From: Octopus vulgaris
Taxonomy: Eukaryota
NCBI GenBank assembly: GCA_951406725.2
Contig: OX597825.1
Coordinates: forward strand, 88,598,001 to 88,662,000
Reading direction: 5' to 3'
Length of the DNA stretch: 64,000 nt
The notes beneath the pieces are model-generated. The model worked only from the letters and a program-made list of their open reading frames with translations, ran no database searches and was not told the DNA's origin. Both the position numbers and the translations under genes were made by a program. Of this stretch, positions 27,238 through 38,612 are shown one piece after another; position 1 is the first letter of the stretch, and every line of letters starts with the position of its first letter.

Positions 27238-28590
27238 TTTTCACGGCTCGGTCTCGTTGAGTTTTGTACACCTCAAAAGCTGCAGTCGAATCTAGATTTT
27301 TGAATTCAGCCCAAGCAATATCTCTGAGTCGAAGTTCTCGTTTAACCTTCTTCGTCACTCAGGGCTTGTGTTTCTTATTCTTGGGAAGCCCAACGGGAAC
27401 TGCTTGGTCAGTCAACCAGATTACATATGCTTTGAGGGACGACCATAGTTCGTCAACTGAGGACATCGTCATCAGGGATCACCAGTCAAGAAGCGCGGAA
27501 GCCTCGGTTAAAATTTCAAGATTGATTGCAGAAAAGACTCTACGTGGCAGCGAAGTAGTCGTGGGCGTAGAAAAGGTTGTGTGCATGCCGAACTTCAAGA
27601 CCGCGTGATCACTCTTGGCAAGAGGGGTGCACATATATATGCCTGACACTGATCTTGGATAGCGGGAGAATACCAGATCCAGCATAGATGGCTGCTGCCC
27701 AGACCGATGCCTTGTCGGATATTCAACATGTTGCGATAGAAAACAATATTCAGCCACGTCAAGAAGGGCCTGGCCGAACCGGGAAGATGATGTACAAATT
27801 GATGCGGGCCAGTCGATCGTGAGAGAGTTGAAGTCTCCTAATATCAAACAGTCATGAGAAGCTGAAACGAATCTTATCGCTTCGAGTAAATGAGCATCGT
27901 CCTGGGAGTCGGCAAGAGGCGGCCTGTAGACAGCTAACACGGGCAGGCAAAACCCGGATCGGCTCAGCTTGCAATAGACGGCATCGAATTTTGTTGTAGG
28001 TTGAGCATTAGTGGGTAGAATACCGCTGGACGGTTTGAGATCAGATTTAACATACACAGCAACACCTCCACCTCGCCTTTTTTCTCAGTCACATCTGAAG
28101 AGGGCGTAGCCCTGTAGGTGGATTTCCGAGTCCTTTACTGCTGGAGTCAGCCAAGTCTCGGTGATAGCTATCACATCTGGGGAATCACGCGTGGCCAGTG
28201 TAAATAATTCGCTGAACTTTGGAAATAAGTTGCACGGTATAGACGATGCTGAGCTGTGAAGTTTGAGGAGCGGGAATTGGGGAACAAGCAGAATAAGGGA
28301 TATCAGAGATAGCATCGTTGTCGGGGGTATCTACTTTATTTCGATTCGCCCTCGAATCACTTTCCCTGTCAGCACTACAGCATGTGACCAGAGGTAGGAC
28401 TTGATTATTTGTCCATCTTGGATGCGTAAACCATTCTCTCCCATCTGTTCTCTCATCTTCAGTTCGGATATTAGGTTTCTCCGGAGAATTCTCTCTCTCA
28501 GTGAGTATTCCTCGCGAAAACCCATATTGGGGTCCTCCAAGGCATGCTTCTGAGCTCTGTTCATTAGTTAGGAGAGACACAAAAAGGAAA
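26250..28590 (-). mobile_element. CR1/Zenon-like LINE: ORF1 C-terminus, APE endonuclease and RT, frameshifted and 3'-truncated
   Basis: ORF1 tail RRNLISELKMREQMGENGLRIQDGQII; APE motifs IAITETWL, AVYRPP, LILGDFN, SMLDLVF, SDH; RT motifs GPDGIHP, DFAKAFDSVNH, SGVPQGSVLGPLLF, shifted LFADD. Confidence 0.92.
27479..28260 (-). pseudogene. LINE APE endonuclease fragment
   Basis: ORFs 28085-28315 and 27479-28057 together give the APE motifs. Confidence 0.8.
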
Positions 28591-28726
28591 GAAGAAAGCA
28601 AAGGACCACTGATAAGGTCACAGGAGTGTGACAAAACAATTGCAATTAATATAAAATGAGGCTGAAGTGCGTGCGTTTTCATTGGCTAAACTGGCAACAT
28701 GGTCATCACCATAGTCAAATATATAT

Positions 28727-29753
28727 ATATCCACACACGCACCTCGACCATGTACTTGCCCCACTAGTGGCTCCCTTCCTATCCCACATCCACAAGACTA
28801 ACCATGATTTTCACCTCTTTAACTCTTTCTTCTTCCCTTCTGGTCCCGCTAAATTTCTGTTCCCTCTTGATACCAAGAGTTTATCTACGGTGATCCCACA
28901 CAACGAAGGTCTTCTTACGCTGAAACGCTTTCTCGACCTTCGACCTGACACTCAGTCTGACACCTCCTCACATCTTCGTCCGGCCGAACTTGTTCTCCTC
29001 CACAACTGCTTCACGTTCTCGGGGGATTTTTTCCAACAGTTCTCGAGAGTGGCAATGGGAACGAGTATGGGATCCACCTGTGCGAGCCTGTTCGTTGGCT
29101 ATGTTGAGGCCCAACTATTCTCACAATTCACTGGGCCCACTCCCGGACTATATAGTCGTTATATCAACGACTAATATCGGCTGACCTCACTCTCCCTCAA
29201 ACAACTAGACTCCTCCCTCCTTTTTGTCCAATCCGTCCATCCTGCACTCAAATTCTCCTGCACTATCTCTAACTTTCCCGTCGAAATTCCTCGAAATTTC
29301 TATCAGAACACACCACTCTGTTCTCACTACCTCCAAACACTGATTCAAACTCCTATCTTAACGATTTACCCTACCCAAAACAAGCTCTCCATCTCCTACT
29401 CTCCATTACTCCGTCTGCGCAGTCTCTGCAATGACAACCATCATTTTGGGACTCACTCAACTTATGGCTCACCACTTCATCTTACGTGGATATTCTCTCA
29501 CCACTGTCAACACTGCCCTTGCCAGAGCACGATCCGTGGACCGTGCCTCTGCTCTTTCTGATTGCACCAGTCCGGCCGTTGCCCGTCTTCCGTTTCCCTC
29601 ACCTACCCCACCTCCATCCTGTCCCTCCAGCGCACCATTCTTCGAGCCTTCCGGCGACTCCAGTCCGACCTTACCATCTCGCACTTCTACTCCAACCTAG
29701 CCCATCCCTCCTTCATTAGAGCCCATAAACTGCGTGACATTCTAGTTACATAA
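28727..29753 (+). mobile_element. Decayed Penelope-like RT fragment
   Basis: LDTKSLSTVIPHNEGL, NCFTFSGDFFQQFSRVAMGTSMG, SRYIND; later thumb motifs (RGYS, KLRDILV); starts next to a short TA run. Confidence 0.85.
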
Positions 29754-30667
29754 CCAGTTTTACTATGTCATCAGAGTCCTTGACCGCCTCTGATAATTCT
29801 GTATCATCAACAGAGATGCTGTGAGTCGCTGACTGTACTGCTGAGAGTATTTCTAGCAGTATTTCTAGGAGAGCCACAACAAAGAAGATTGGTGTCAGCA
29901 GTGATTCTTGGGGGATTCCACATTTCCAATGATTTCAATTAATATTTGATACATATATTTTTATCTTTGTATGGTATTATAATAATATGATAAGACTTCT
30001 TTTCAATATACCAATATAATTTATATAATAATCCTTATTTCATTTTATTTTATATTGATTTAGACTTACTTTTATCTCTGTTTTACTTTTTACATCAGTC
30101 TGTAAGGAAGTAGTTTTATATTATAATGTAAAGAAATATATTTTATCAAATTTTATTTTAAAATTTATATTTTTTTATATTTTATATTATTAAATTTTTA
30201 TGTATCTATATACCCTTTTATACAGTTATGTAGCTTATATAACTTATAAAGAGTAGATAAGTTCTTTTCGTAAAACTAACTGTATAATACAATATTATAT
30301 ATCTAAAATAGAACATTATGTTTGCTAAAAATTTTTATATAAATATATGATATTTTTATACATTTATATATCTTTTCATATACTTTCCTTCTGTTTGTAA
30401 TTTATATCGTCTTCTTTATATAATTAACTGGATATGGGAATCCTTATATTAATAAGTTTTTTAACCAATCAATATTAATGAAATGATTCCATACCAACAT
30501 CGGTTAACGTGTTGCTTCCGAATGTACTCCCTTATACATTTAGTTTACCTCCAATTCATTTACCCCTTATATTCGGTCCCATATTTTATGACATCTTATA
30601 CTTATCCCCCCGTAATGAAGTAAATAGTTCTTGTTATTTAATTTAATAAATACTGTGTATTTCTGTT

Positions 30668-30880
30668 ACCGAGATGTACTTGCATAGCAAATGACCTAAT
30701 CTGAGAACGTGTGTTGGAACGAAAACAATTGCAGCCTGGAAGGTGTTTATAAGCCATTTAAGAAACACATAAAAACCGTCAGCTTCACTTCAACACTTAA
30801 ATTTAATTTGTGCCAAAATATTTTCGTCGCTTTGAGACCGCGACCTGTTCACTGACAAAATTCCGAGCAGCACGCTGCAA
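30668..30880 (-). mobile_element. PLE pseudo-LTR remnant, family X copy 2
   Basis: Aligns by eye with 8329-8525; hammerhead core retained at 30811-30857. Confidence 0.7.
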
Positions 30881-32147
30881 TTGTCATATATTCCTATTTA
30901 TATAACAATTCTATTCGGTTTACATTCATTATAGAATGATTTTTTTTCATGACCTTTTTAATTTGCTTAAGAAAAGTCTTATTAGTTCTTTTTATATATA
31001 ATATCCCATTATCAGATTTTAAGTTTAATGTCTATCCTTATTCTATATAGTGATTAAAGTTTTCTCAATTTAATATAATAAATTTGCTATGTTATAAATA
31101 ACTACCCACCCGCATTTGAAAAACATAGTTTTAATTGGATATTGAATCTGCATTCTTGGAGTTACATATTTTTGTAGATTACATTGAAAAAATGACACAA
31201 AATGCACGTAGTATTCTCCTCTCGCACGCATTTATATTTCATGTGACTGTAGTATATTTCAGGAAGTAATTAAAGTAAATGCGATGTGTTTATTCGAATG
31301 AATTTCGAACTATCATTCATAGAATGTAACTGGTAATATATATTCTGCAAATCTCTCCATATAGCGTATATATGCTTTGAAATATTAATAAGTATTTCAC
31401 GTCGTATCATTTTATAATGGACTCATATTTATTTTCCATGGCTATTTCCTGATGGATTTGGAAAGCATAAGCACATAAAATACAAGTCTAGGAATGTTTG
31501 AACTGAAAGCAATCTCTAAGGATTGAAGGAAACTCACTCATAGGAATTTACGTCCCGTTTTTTTTATCTAAACTATCAGCATAGATAACAGTAATAACGT
31601 AAATGCTGATGTACACTTTTAGATTTTATCTCCCTTAAGAGACTCGATAAAATGCTATACACACAGGAAAAGTTCATTTGTATAACGTGTGTCATCTGCA
31701 TTTTTTGTCCTGATCACAGTGAATTCCTTGCACTTATTGCGTTCAGCCATAGATAAATGGACAAAACATGAAAAAAAATATATAAACGGCCAAACATTTC
31801 TGACTTGAAATGATTACAAATTCTTCATCTGAGAATGAAAAACGATTGAATAGAATAATGATGTTTAATGCATATTTGTAGATACAAATACAACAGGATA
31901 ATGCACGTAGGTCTAGATTATTTCAGTACAAGCGATAGAGTGGCCTGTATATACCAGATTAACTGGCCAAAGACTTTAATGAGTTTTGCCCCCATCAGGA
32001 TCTAAATTTTCCCGGGTTGATTGTAAATTTCAAATCAACAGACTTTGTGAATTGATAATGACTTCATACCTTCCAATAGCGTATAAAATCTATATAATTA
32101 TTTAGAAGTCACAATATATGTGTTAAAGAGTTACTAATAGTTTCATA

Positions 32148-32232
32148 GGTTTTTTGTGAGATACCCCAGGCATTGTGCTTGTTGAATAGTTTCAAAATGG
32201 CCACACTATCGATGGAGAGTATTATGACAATG
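32148..32232 (+). mobile_element. Mariner transposase catalytic-domain scrap
   Basis: Translates DTPGIVLVE*FQNGHTIDGEYY, similar to mariner WD..G.....L..G.TIN..YY. Confidence 0.55.
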
Positions 32233-32529
32233 TGAGTTTTAAATTTTAAAAAGGGATGAAAAGTTATAATAAAAAAAAAAAGAAATTAAATTTAAATTTA
32301 AGGTAACAGGGTAGTGAAATATTCCAAAATTGCGAAGCGACAAATGAAAAACTGACAAAAGGAATAGAAAATAAAATTAAAATGGAAATTGAATGCAGAG
32401 GTAAATTTATAAATTATAGAAATTATAAATAAAAAATTAAAATATTATTAGATAACAAAGGTATTCGTCTGATGCCAGTTTCAGATCTTGAGATGCAGCC
32501 ATGCGGGTGCACCGCCGTTTGCTTTGCAG

Positions 32530-33830
32530 CACTTTCACAGAACCTCCTCTCATATGTGGTATTTGGTGGATGAGCGAGTTTGATGTTGCGACCCGCATCT
32601 GATTTTCTTGCCGCAAGGTAGGATCATCCGGAATCTTGGAAAGATAAAACCCAAATTTGTTTTGAAGACATCTACATTCATATAGGTTTCTTAGGTTTTC
32701 TGGGAGGATATTAAATAGCTGTGAGCCTTGAAGCCTAAGCTGATGCAGTATCTGGTCCTGTATCCTGATGCCAATGTTGGGGTATTTGGTATTATAAAGT
32801 GGTGCCCTACTCTGCTGTTTGTAATTTACAGCATCAAAGTTTGGTACAAGACTTTCCAGATTATATCACTGCGTATCTTTCCTGGCTTCCTTCTATGGTG
32901 TAGAGTCTTTTAGTCCCTTCTCGTAGCTGATACATCGCATTGAAACTATCTTCTTTGTGTAGCTTCTCTGGATTGCTGCGGGTCCCTTCACCAATTTTAT
33001 TCTGCGTAAAATGTCCTACAGAGGACCATCATGGTTTCTTGCTATCTCGTTCTGAAAGTTGGAAGGATCCATTCCGGCCAATAGCTTTTAGTTAATTGGT
33101 AACTTAGTAATATATACTGGAAAGATGCAACATAACTCATGTCGATGTCCAGCTCGCGCACTGATATTGATTCAGGAATTGCAATGCCCCATTAGGCCAA
33201 TGTATCCTGTTTACTTTTCATTTAGCATCGAGTGTTGGTAGCTACTCATAGGGCTGGCCCTCTCAGACATGCCCTCAGCTGGTAATCAGGGCTTGGAATT
33301 TTGCAGTGTTAAACTACGTGTTATTTTCCATCGGTAAATTGCATCCAACTCCTGTTGCAGATGTACAATATCTTCAAGGTCCTGAGACTTTTGTATCATC
33401 TGCATAGCTAGCAGGGGTGACTAACTGAGCAGCTGAGGGCATGTATGAGAGGGCCCTATGAGTAGCAGTGGCCCTAAACAGTGGCCTGTTGAACATCACC
33501 TCATTATTTGTTTCCTTGGAGGTGCTCCTTTGGACACCACCAACTGACTTCTTACTTTTAGAAAGCTAGAAAGCCATATAGCCATTCTCCAAGTTTTCTG
33601 CCTCTGCCTAGATTACGCAGCTTCTGACATGACTAACTGAGCAGCTAGTCGAGATATACCACGGCCTTATTTTGGTTGTTAAGCAACTGCTGTTACACCC
33701 CATTGTAATGCAGCAAAAGCTGTGTCAGGCACCTTCTACTTGGCTGAAAGCCATGCTGGTTGTTAATCAGCAAGTCAGTTCCTTCGAGGAATGCAATTAG
33801 TCTTCTTCGGATTGTTCGTTCCATGACTTT
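32530..33830 (-). mobile_element. Decayed LINE RT remnant
   Basis: Minus-strand SYADD (about 33396-33409) and GDVQQATV*G (about 33471-33500). Confidence 0.65.
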
Positions 33831-34189
33831 GCTCATGTGTGTCTATTGTCGTCGGCACTGGAATATTCTTGTCGCCATTCTTATGTTGTTTCCGTTTTCT
33901 ACGTCTTATTATCTTTCGCTCGTCTATCGTGCTATCGCTGATATCTCCGCAAGACAAAGATTTTGAAAAGTCTATCTTGATGGTAACTCGAACTCGTATA
34001 GGTCACTTAAGTGACACTGACCCCAACAGAGAACTCGTACATCAATTACTTGACCGAAGTATTTAATTTTTTTTTCCTAAAAAATATTTCACGCTTTTCC
34101 TCTGTTAGTCTAAACCCGTATTCATTTATTTTTCCGTATACTTTTCATATCTGTTTACTGTGCAGATAATTGTTGGGAAATACTTAGGA

Positions 34190-34365
34190 AGTTCGAAGAG
34201 TTGCACCACTGACTCACTCTTCAACAGAATACCATCGAGATAAGTGATAGCAAAGTCGCAATCATTTGACATTGCGTCCATCATTTGCTGGAATATTGTA
34301 GGTGCCACTTTTATACCAAAGGAAAGCCGCTTGAATTTATACTATCCACAGTGTGTTGGTTGTTA
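34190..34365 (-). mobile_element. Ty3/gypsy RT fragment
   Basis: PFGIKVAPTIFQQMMDAMSNDCDFAITYLDGILLKS matches the gypsy PFGL..AP..FQ..MD...YLDDIL pattern. Confidence 0.75.
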
Positions 34366-34599
34366 AAAGGTGTGCGCAATCTCCCTTTTATTGAATTTCT
34401 AGAAAGGCCTCAGAGAGGTCTAACTTCGAGTGAATTTTTCTTCCATTTAGTTTTGAGAACACTTTTTCTGGGCTTAGTTATGGATAGTTGTGTTCGATTA
34501 AAGCCATTTAATCCAGTTGAAAGTCCCGCACACACTCTTAGTTTATTATTTTTTAGTTTACATAAACCGTCGAAACTGCCCAGTCTGAAAGGTTGACTT

Positions 34600-36040
34600 T
34601 TTCAATTATAGCTACACTTATTAGTCTTTCTAACTCTGTGTTGACTAGGTTGGAATATTACTCGCTCCGTATACAACGTCTCGGTGAGGTTGAGCAAGAC
34701 TTCCACCTGACTTTGTTCACATCATATAATTCTTAAAAGGAAAAGAACTTCAGGTCATCCTACGTTGGTCAGGTTGAAATCCCCCATGAGAAGTAACCTG
34801 ATGTATTGTTCTCGCTTGGCTAAGACTACTATTCCTGCAAGTCAGTCTTCGAATAGAGCCATATGATGGCAGATGATAAGTAGTATATATGATTATATCA
34901 AGTTGCCTTATATATATACAACTGGTGTGTCACACAGCGAGTGTGACAAAAGGATCTTGGGTTTGCGATGACAAAAGGATCTTGCGTTTGCGATCTTCTC
35001 GGATGTGCATGCAATTCCACCAGGATTGCTGTCGGTTCTGTCGCTTCCCAATACACCATATTTAGTACGGGTATTTTGGCATCTGCGATGCAGGGTTCTA
35101 GGTGTATTTCGGTGAATGCTGTGCATAAGTCTCTCAGGAAGGGAATTTTGGTTCTGTTATTGAGTTGTAAAATTCCTCAGATATTCATAAATAATATAGA
35201 TGTGACACTGGGCTGATGCCAGTGGTGGCCATCCTGGATCCATTGGATGTTGCGCTCTTGTTTGTTAGTGGGAATAGCTCCGATCCTTGAATTGATGCAG
35301 CTTGCTGCACAATCTTTTGTGCCAGGTACAAAAAAGATTGTTGCTCAGCTGCAGCCGGTATGATTGCATCTGAAGAGGGCTGACTGTTGATGGTGGTGCG
35401 CATTACTTACATATCATCATTTTCCTTCGATGCACGACTTTCCTCAATTTGGCGATAAGTGTCTTTCTTTGTGGTATGGTTTTGGGTGTGGGAAGCTTCA
35501 GTTTCCACCGTCATCTCCATGCCAGCAGACACTGCCCATGCAGAATTTACACACCTCTCTGCGCTCCCTAATATACATTCACGTATGCGTTATCTAACAG
35601 GTTTCTTTTCTTAGTTGTTTTTCTTGGGGCTGAATTCGTTTTCCTCATTTTTTCCAATTGTGTCATCATCAAAAGCTTTTTGTTTTCCTTCTCCATTATT
35701 TACTGTTCATTTTACCTTATTTCCTTTTTAATCCCTTACATTTCTTTTTAGGGTTTCATGTGTTTCCTTGTGGATCAACAGAACCAGGGGAATAGTTGTC
35801 ACTCACATCAGAGTCTCCATCCTGGTCCTCTTCCTTGCGCTTCTGTTCGAAAATGGTACCAAGGATGCTGTGAAGTCTGACCAGAGCATAGGAGCGGATG
35901 GATTCTTGTTTTTTTCTGCTCTGAGTTGTGGTCCTTTTCTCGTCATTGCTTTTTAGTGCTCCCGTTATTATATAAATGGGGTTGTCCCTGTCAGATACCT
36001 GCCAGTCCCTCGGGAATAATTTCAATATTGCGCTTATCTT
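34600..36040 (-). mobile_element. Probable decayed 5' part of a LINE (ORF1 and APE remnants)
   Basis: LLMGDFNL on the minus strand at about 34772-34795; orientation matches the RT remnant at 32530-33830. Confidence 0.4.
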
Positions 36041-36289
36041 ATTTCGCAACATCTTTCCTCCTGTTTATATTTAGACAGAGACCGAGATAAGGACAAATAT
36101 ATGTAGAGAGGTAAAGAGATAGAAAGAAAGAGGATGCGAGTTTGTAATGATGTACGACTGGACAGATGGGAAAAAAAATTGTATTCAAGAAATTGTATGT
36201 CCAAGAGAGAGAGAGAGAGAGAGAGAGAATGGCTATATTTGGGACAGGAAACATGATCGATATATGAATGCTTGAGTATATTCTGTTAT

Positions 36290-36480
36290 TTTCTTTCTTT
36301 TACTTGTTTCAGTCATTTGGCTGCGACTTTAAAGTGGTTTTGAATTGAAGAAAATCGACACCAGGGCTTAAATGTAATCCTAGTACTTATTATTTGGTCG
36401 GTTTCTTTTGACGAAACGCTAGTTTACAGGGACGTAAACACGCCAGCGTCGATTATCAAACGATGATGAGCGAGAAAAAC
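36290..36480. mobile_element. Interspersed SINE-like repeat, family 3
   Basis: ttttacttgtttcagtcatttggctgcg...gctaagtttacagggacgtaaacac; related pieces at 15610-15685, 32475-32520, 46085-46130. Confidence 0.55.
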
Positions 36481-36572
36481 AGACGCAATGCCACACAGAC
36501 ACCCCGCCACACACACACACACATACAGATATATAGTTGAGTGTGTGTGTCTATACGTATAGACAACAGTCA

Positions 36573-36720
36573 CTTTCAGTTTTCGTCTACCAAATCCATC
36601 CACAAGGCTTTGGTCGGCCCGAGGCTACAGTAGAAAACCCTTGCCCAAGATGCCACGCAGTGGAACTGAACACGTAATCATGTGGTTGGGAAGCAAGCTT
36701 CTTACAACACAGCCACGCCT
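36573..36720 (-). mobile_element. tRNA-derived SINE family 1
   Basis: Reverse complement aggcgtggctgtgttgtaagaagcttgc...gttcagttccactgcgtggc. Confidence 0.8.
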
Positions 36721-36793
36721 ATGTAGACATTAACCTTGTGTAGATATATTCCCATCTACACACATAAAACTAAAACAGAGAATAAGTGACAGG

Positions 36794-36868
36794 GTGAGTG
36801 AGTGAGTGAGTGAGTGAGTGAGTGAGTGAGTGAGTGAGTGAGTGAGTGTGTGAGTGAGTGAGTGAGTG
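36794..36868. repeat. (GTGA)n microsatellite
   Basis: Direct inspection. Confidence 0.95.
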
Positions 36869-37294
36869 AATGAGTGGGTGTTTATGTGAGGGAGGGAGAG
36901 AAAGTGATACGGTGAGGAAGAGGGGCAGTATGCTTTTACATTTGATTATTTTAAACATTAAGGGGAGACTGAGAAGAAAAATTGAAAGAAATTAATCAAT
37001 TAATTAAATAATTAATTAATTAATCAACCAATTCCGTTACTGAAATGGAGAGCAGCGTGCATTAAATGAAAATGTATAAAGCGCAAAGTCTCACCGGTTT
37101 TGCATCAAATTTCCGAGTCGAACGAGCAACGCAAATGCAAACAAAACAGAAACAAAATTACGTCTGCTTCGTAAAAGGAAAAATCGCTACCTTTCGCTGT
37201 ATAAAAAACAAAACCTCTTCTGGGAGTCAATTACATACGCCCGGGCAATAACATTGTTAATCAACAAAGTGACTATGTTTTCCTGAGTAGTGTA

Positions 37295-37770
37295 TTGGGT
37301 CATCCCATAAATAATGCGGTTTTTTCAATTGCATGAACTAAAAATCGGGGACGGTATAAACTAACTGCAGTAACACGCTATAAAAGCAGGTAGTAATTTT
37401 ACCTTTCTTATTCTTAGTGCAAGTTTTGAAGAGTGCAGTTCGATTTTAACAGATTTTTTTTCAAAGCTATAATGGAAGTGAGAAAGGAGCACATTCGCCA
37501 TATTTTGTGTTATGAGTTCAATAAAGGCAACAACGCAACGGAAAGTGCGAAGAGAGTTACTGCAGGATATGGCGTCGGACAGTAAGCTGAAGCCGGTATC
37601 AACGGTGGTTCCAGAAATTCCGAGCTGGAAAGAACAGTCCAGAAGAGTAGCCTTGTCCTGGAAGATCTGTAGAGCTAGACGAGGATATCCTGCAAAACTT
37701 TGGTGGAACAAAATCCCGTTGTAACTGTTGAGGAACTCCCAGAGAAGCTTGAATTTAGTCATTCAACCAG
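37295..37770 (+). mobile_element. Mariner-family DNA transposon 5' fragment
   Basis: TA|ttgggtcatcccataaataatgcgg terminus; ATG at 37472 gives MEVRKEHIRHILCYEFNKGNNATESA, a mariner HTH N-terminus, then frameshifts. Confidence 0.8.
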
Positions 37771-38361
37771 ATATTCTAGTCAGCCATGGTACTTTCAAGA
37801 GTTGTTCTGCAATTTCAGCGGCACAACACTACACCTAGAGAATTGAGTAACTTTACGTTCAAGAGCTTGATTATCTAATTTCTCAGGCAGTTATGTCCCA
37901 GTCCATTGGTGTTTTCCGATACGGCTAGGGCAACATCTCTGTAGATACAAAGGGGGAATATCGTACAAACGTGTCAAGGAGAAATAGGCCAGAGGATCCC
38001 ACATTAATGCGGAGGCAATTTTCCGCGTCCGGGTTGTGAACGAATTTAGAATTCTCGCTGAAGGTCATGGCGTTTCCGGCGTGGAATATATGCCCTGTAT
38101 CGAGTTCATTAACCGTGGCATATCTACTTGTTTAGCATCAAAACCTCAGTTTCCCTATCAATACTATGATAAACATGGGGACTTAGCTTTATCACAGTTC
38201 TGGAGAGTTTGTGCATATGTACAGTCGTCTACAAGACAGAAACTGGGTCATGTCAGAGAAAAGATCCGTAAGTCTACATACATACATACATACATACATA
38301 CGCGTGTGTGTATTTGTGAGTATATATACAATCACATGATCCTCTGCAGGTGTATATATAT

Positions 38362-38535
38362 AGGGAGAATTTACGAAAAAAAAAACAAAAGACGAAGACA
38401 GGTGGTGTACAAAACAAACAGGAATAAAAAAAGGCTTTTTACGTTTCGAGCCTACGCTCTTCTACAGAAAGGGACACACAGAAAACAAGGAGAGAAAAAA
38501 ATGTGTGTAGTGACTAACGATCTATCATGGCGACT

Positions 38536-38540
<5 letters not shown>
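38362..38540 (-). mobile_element. PLE terminal remnant, family Z
   Basis: Homologous to 58035-58215; hammerhead-like motif at 38435-38471; TA flanks. Confidence 0.65.
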
Positions 38541-38612
<72 letters not shown>

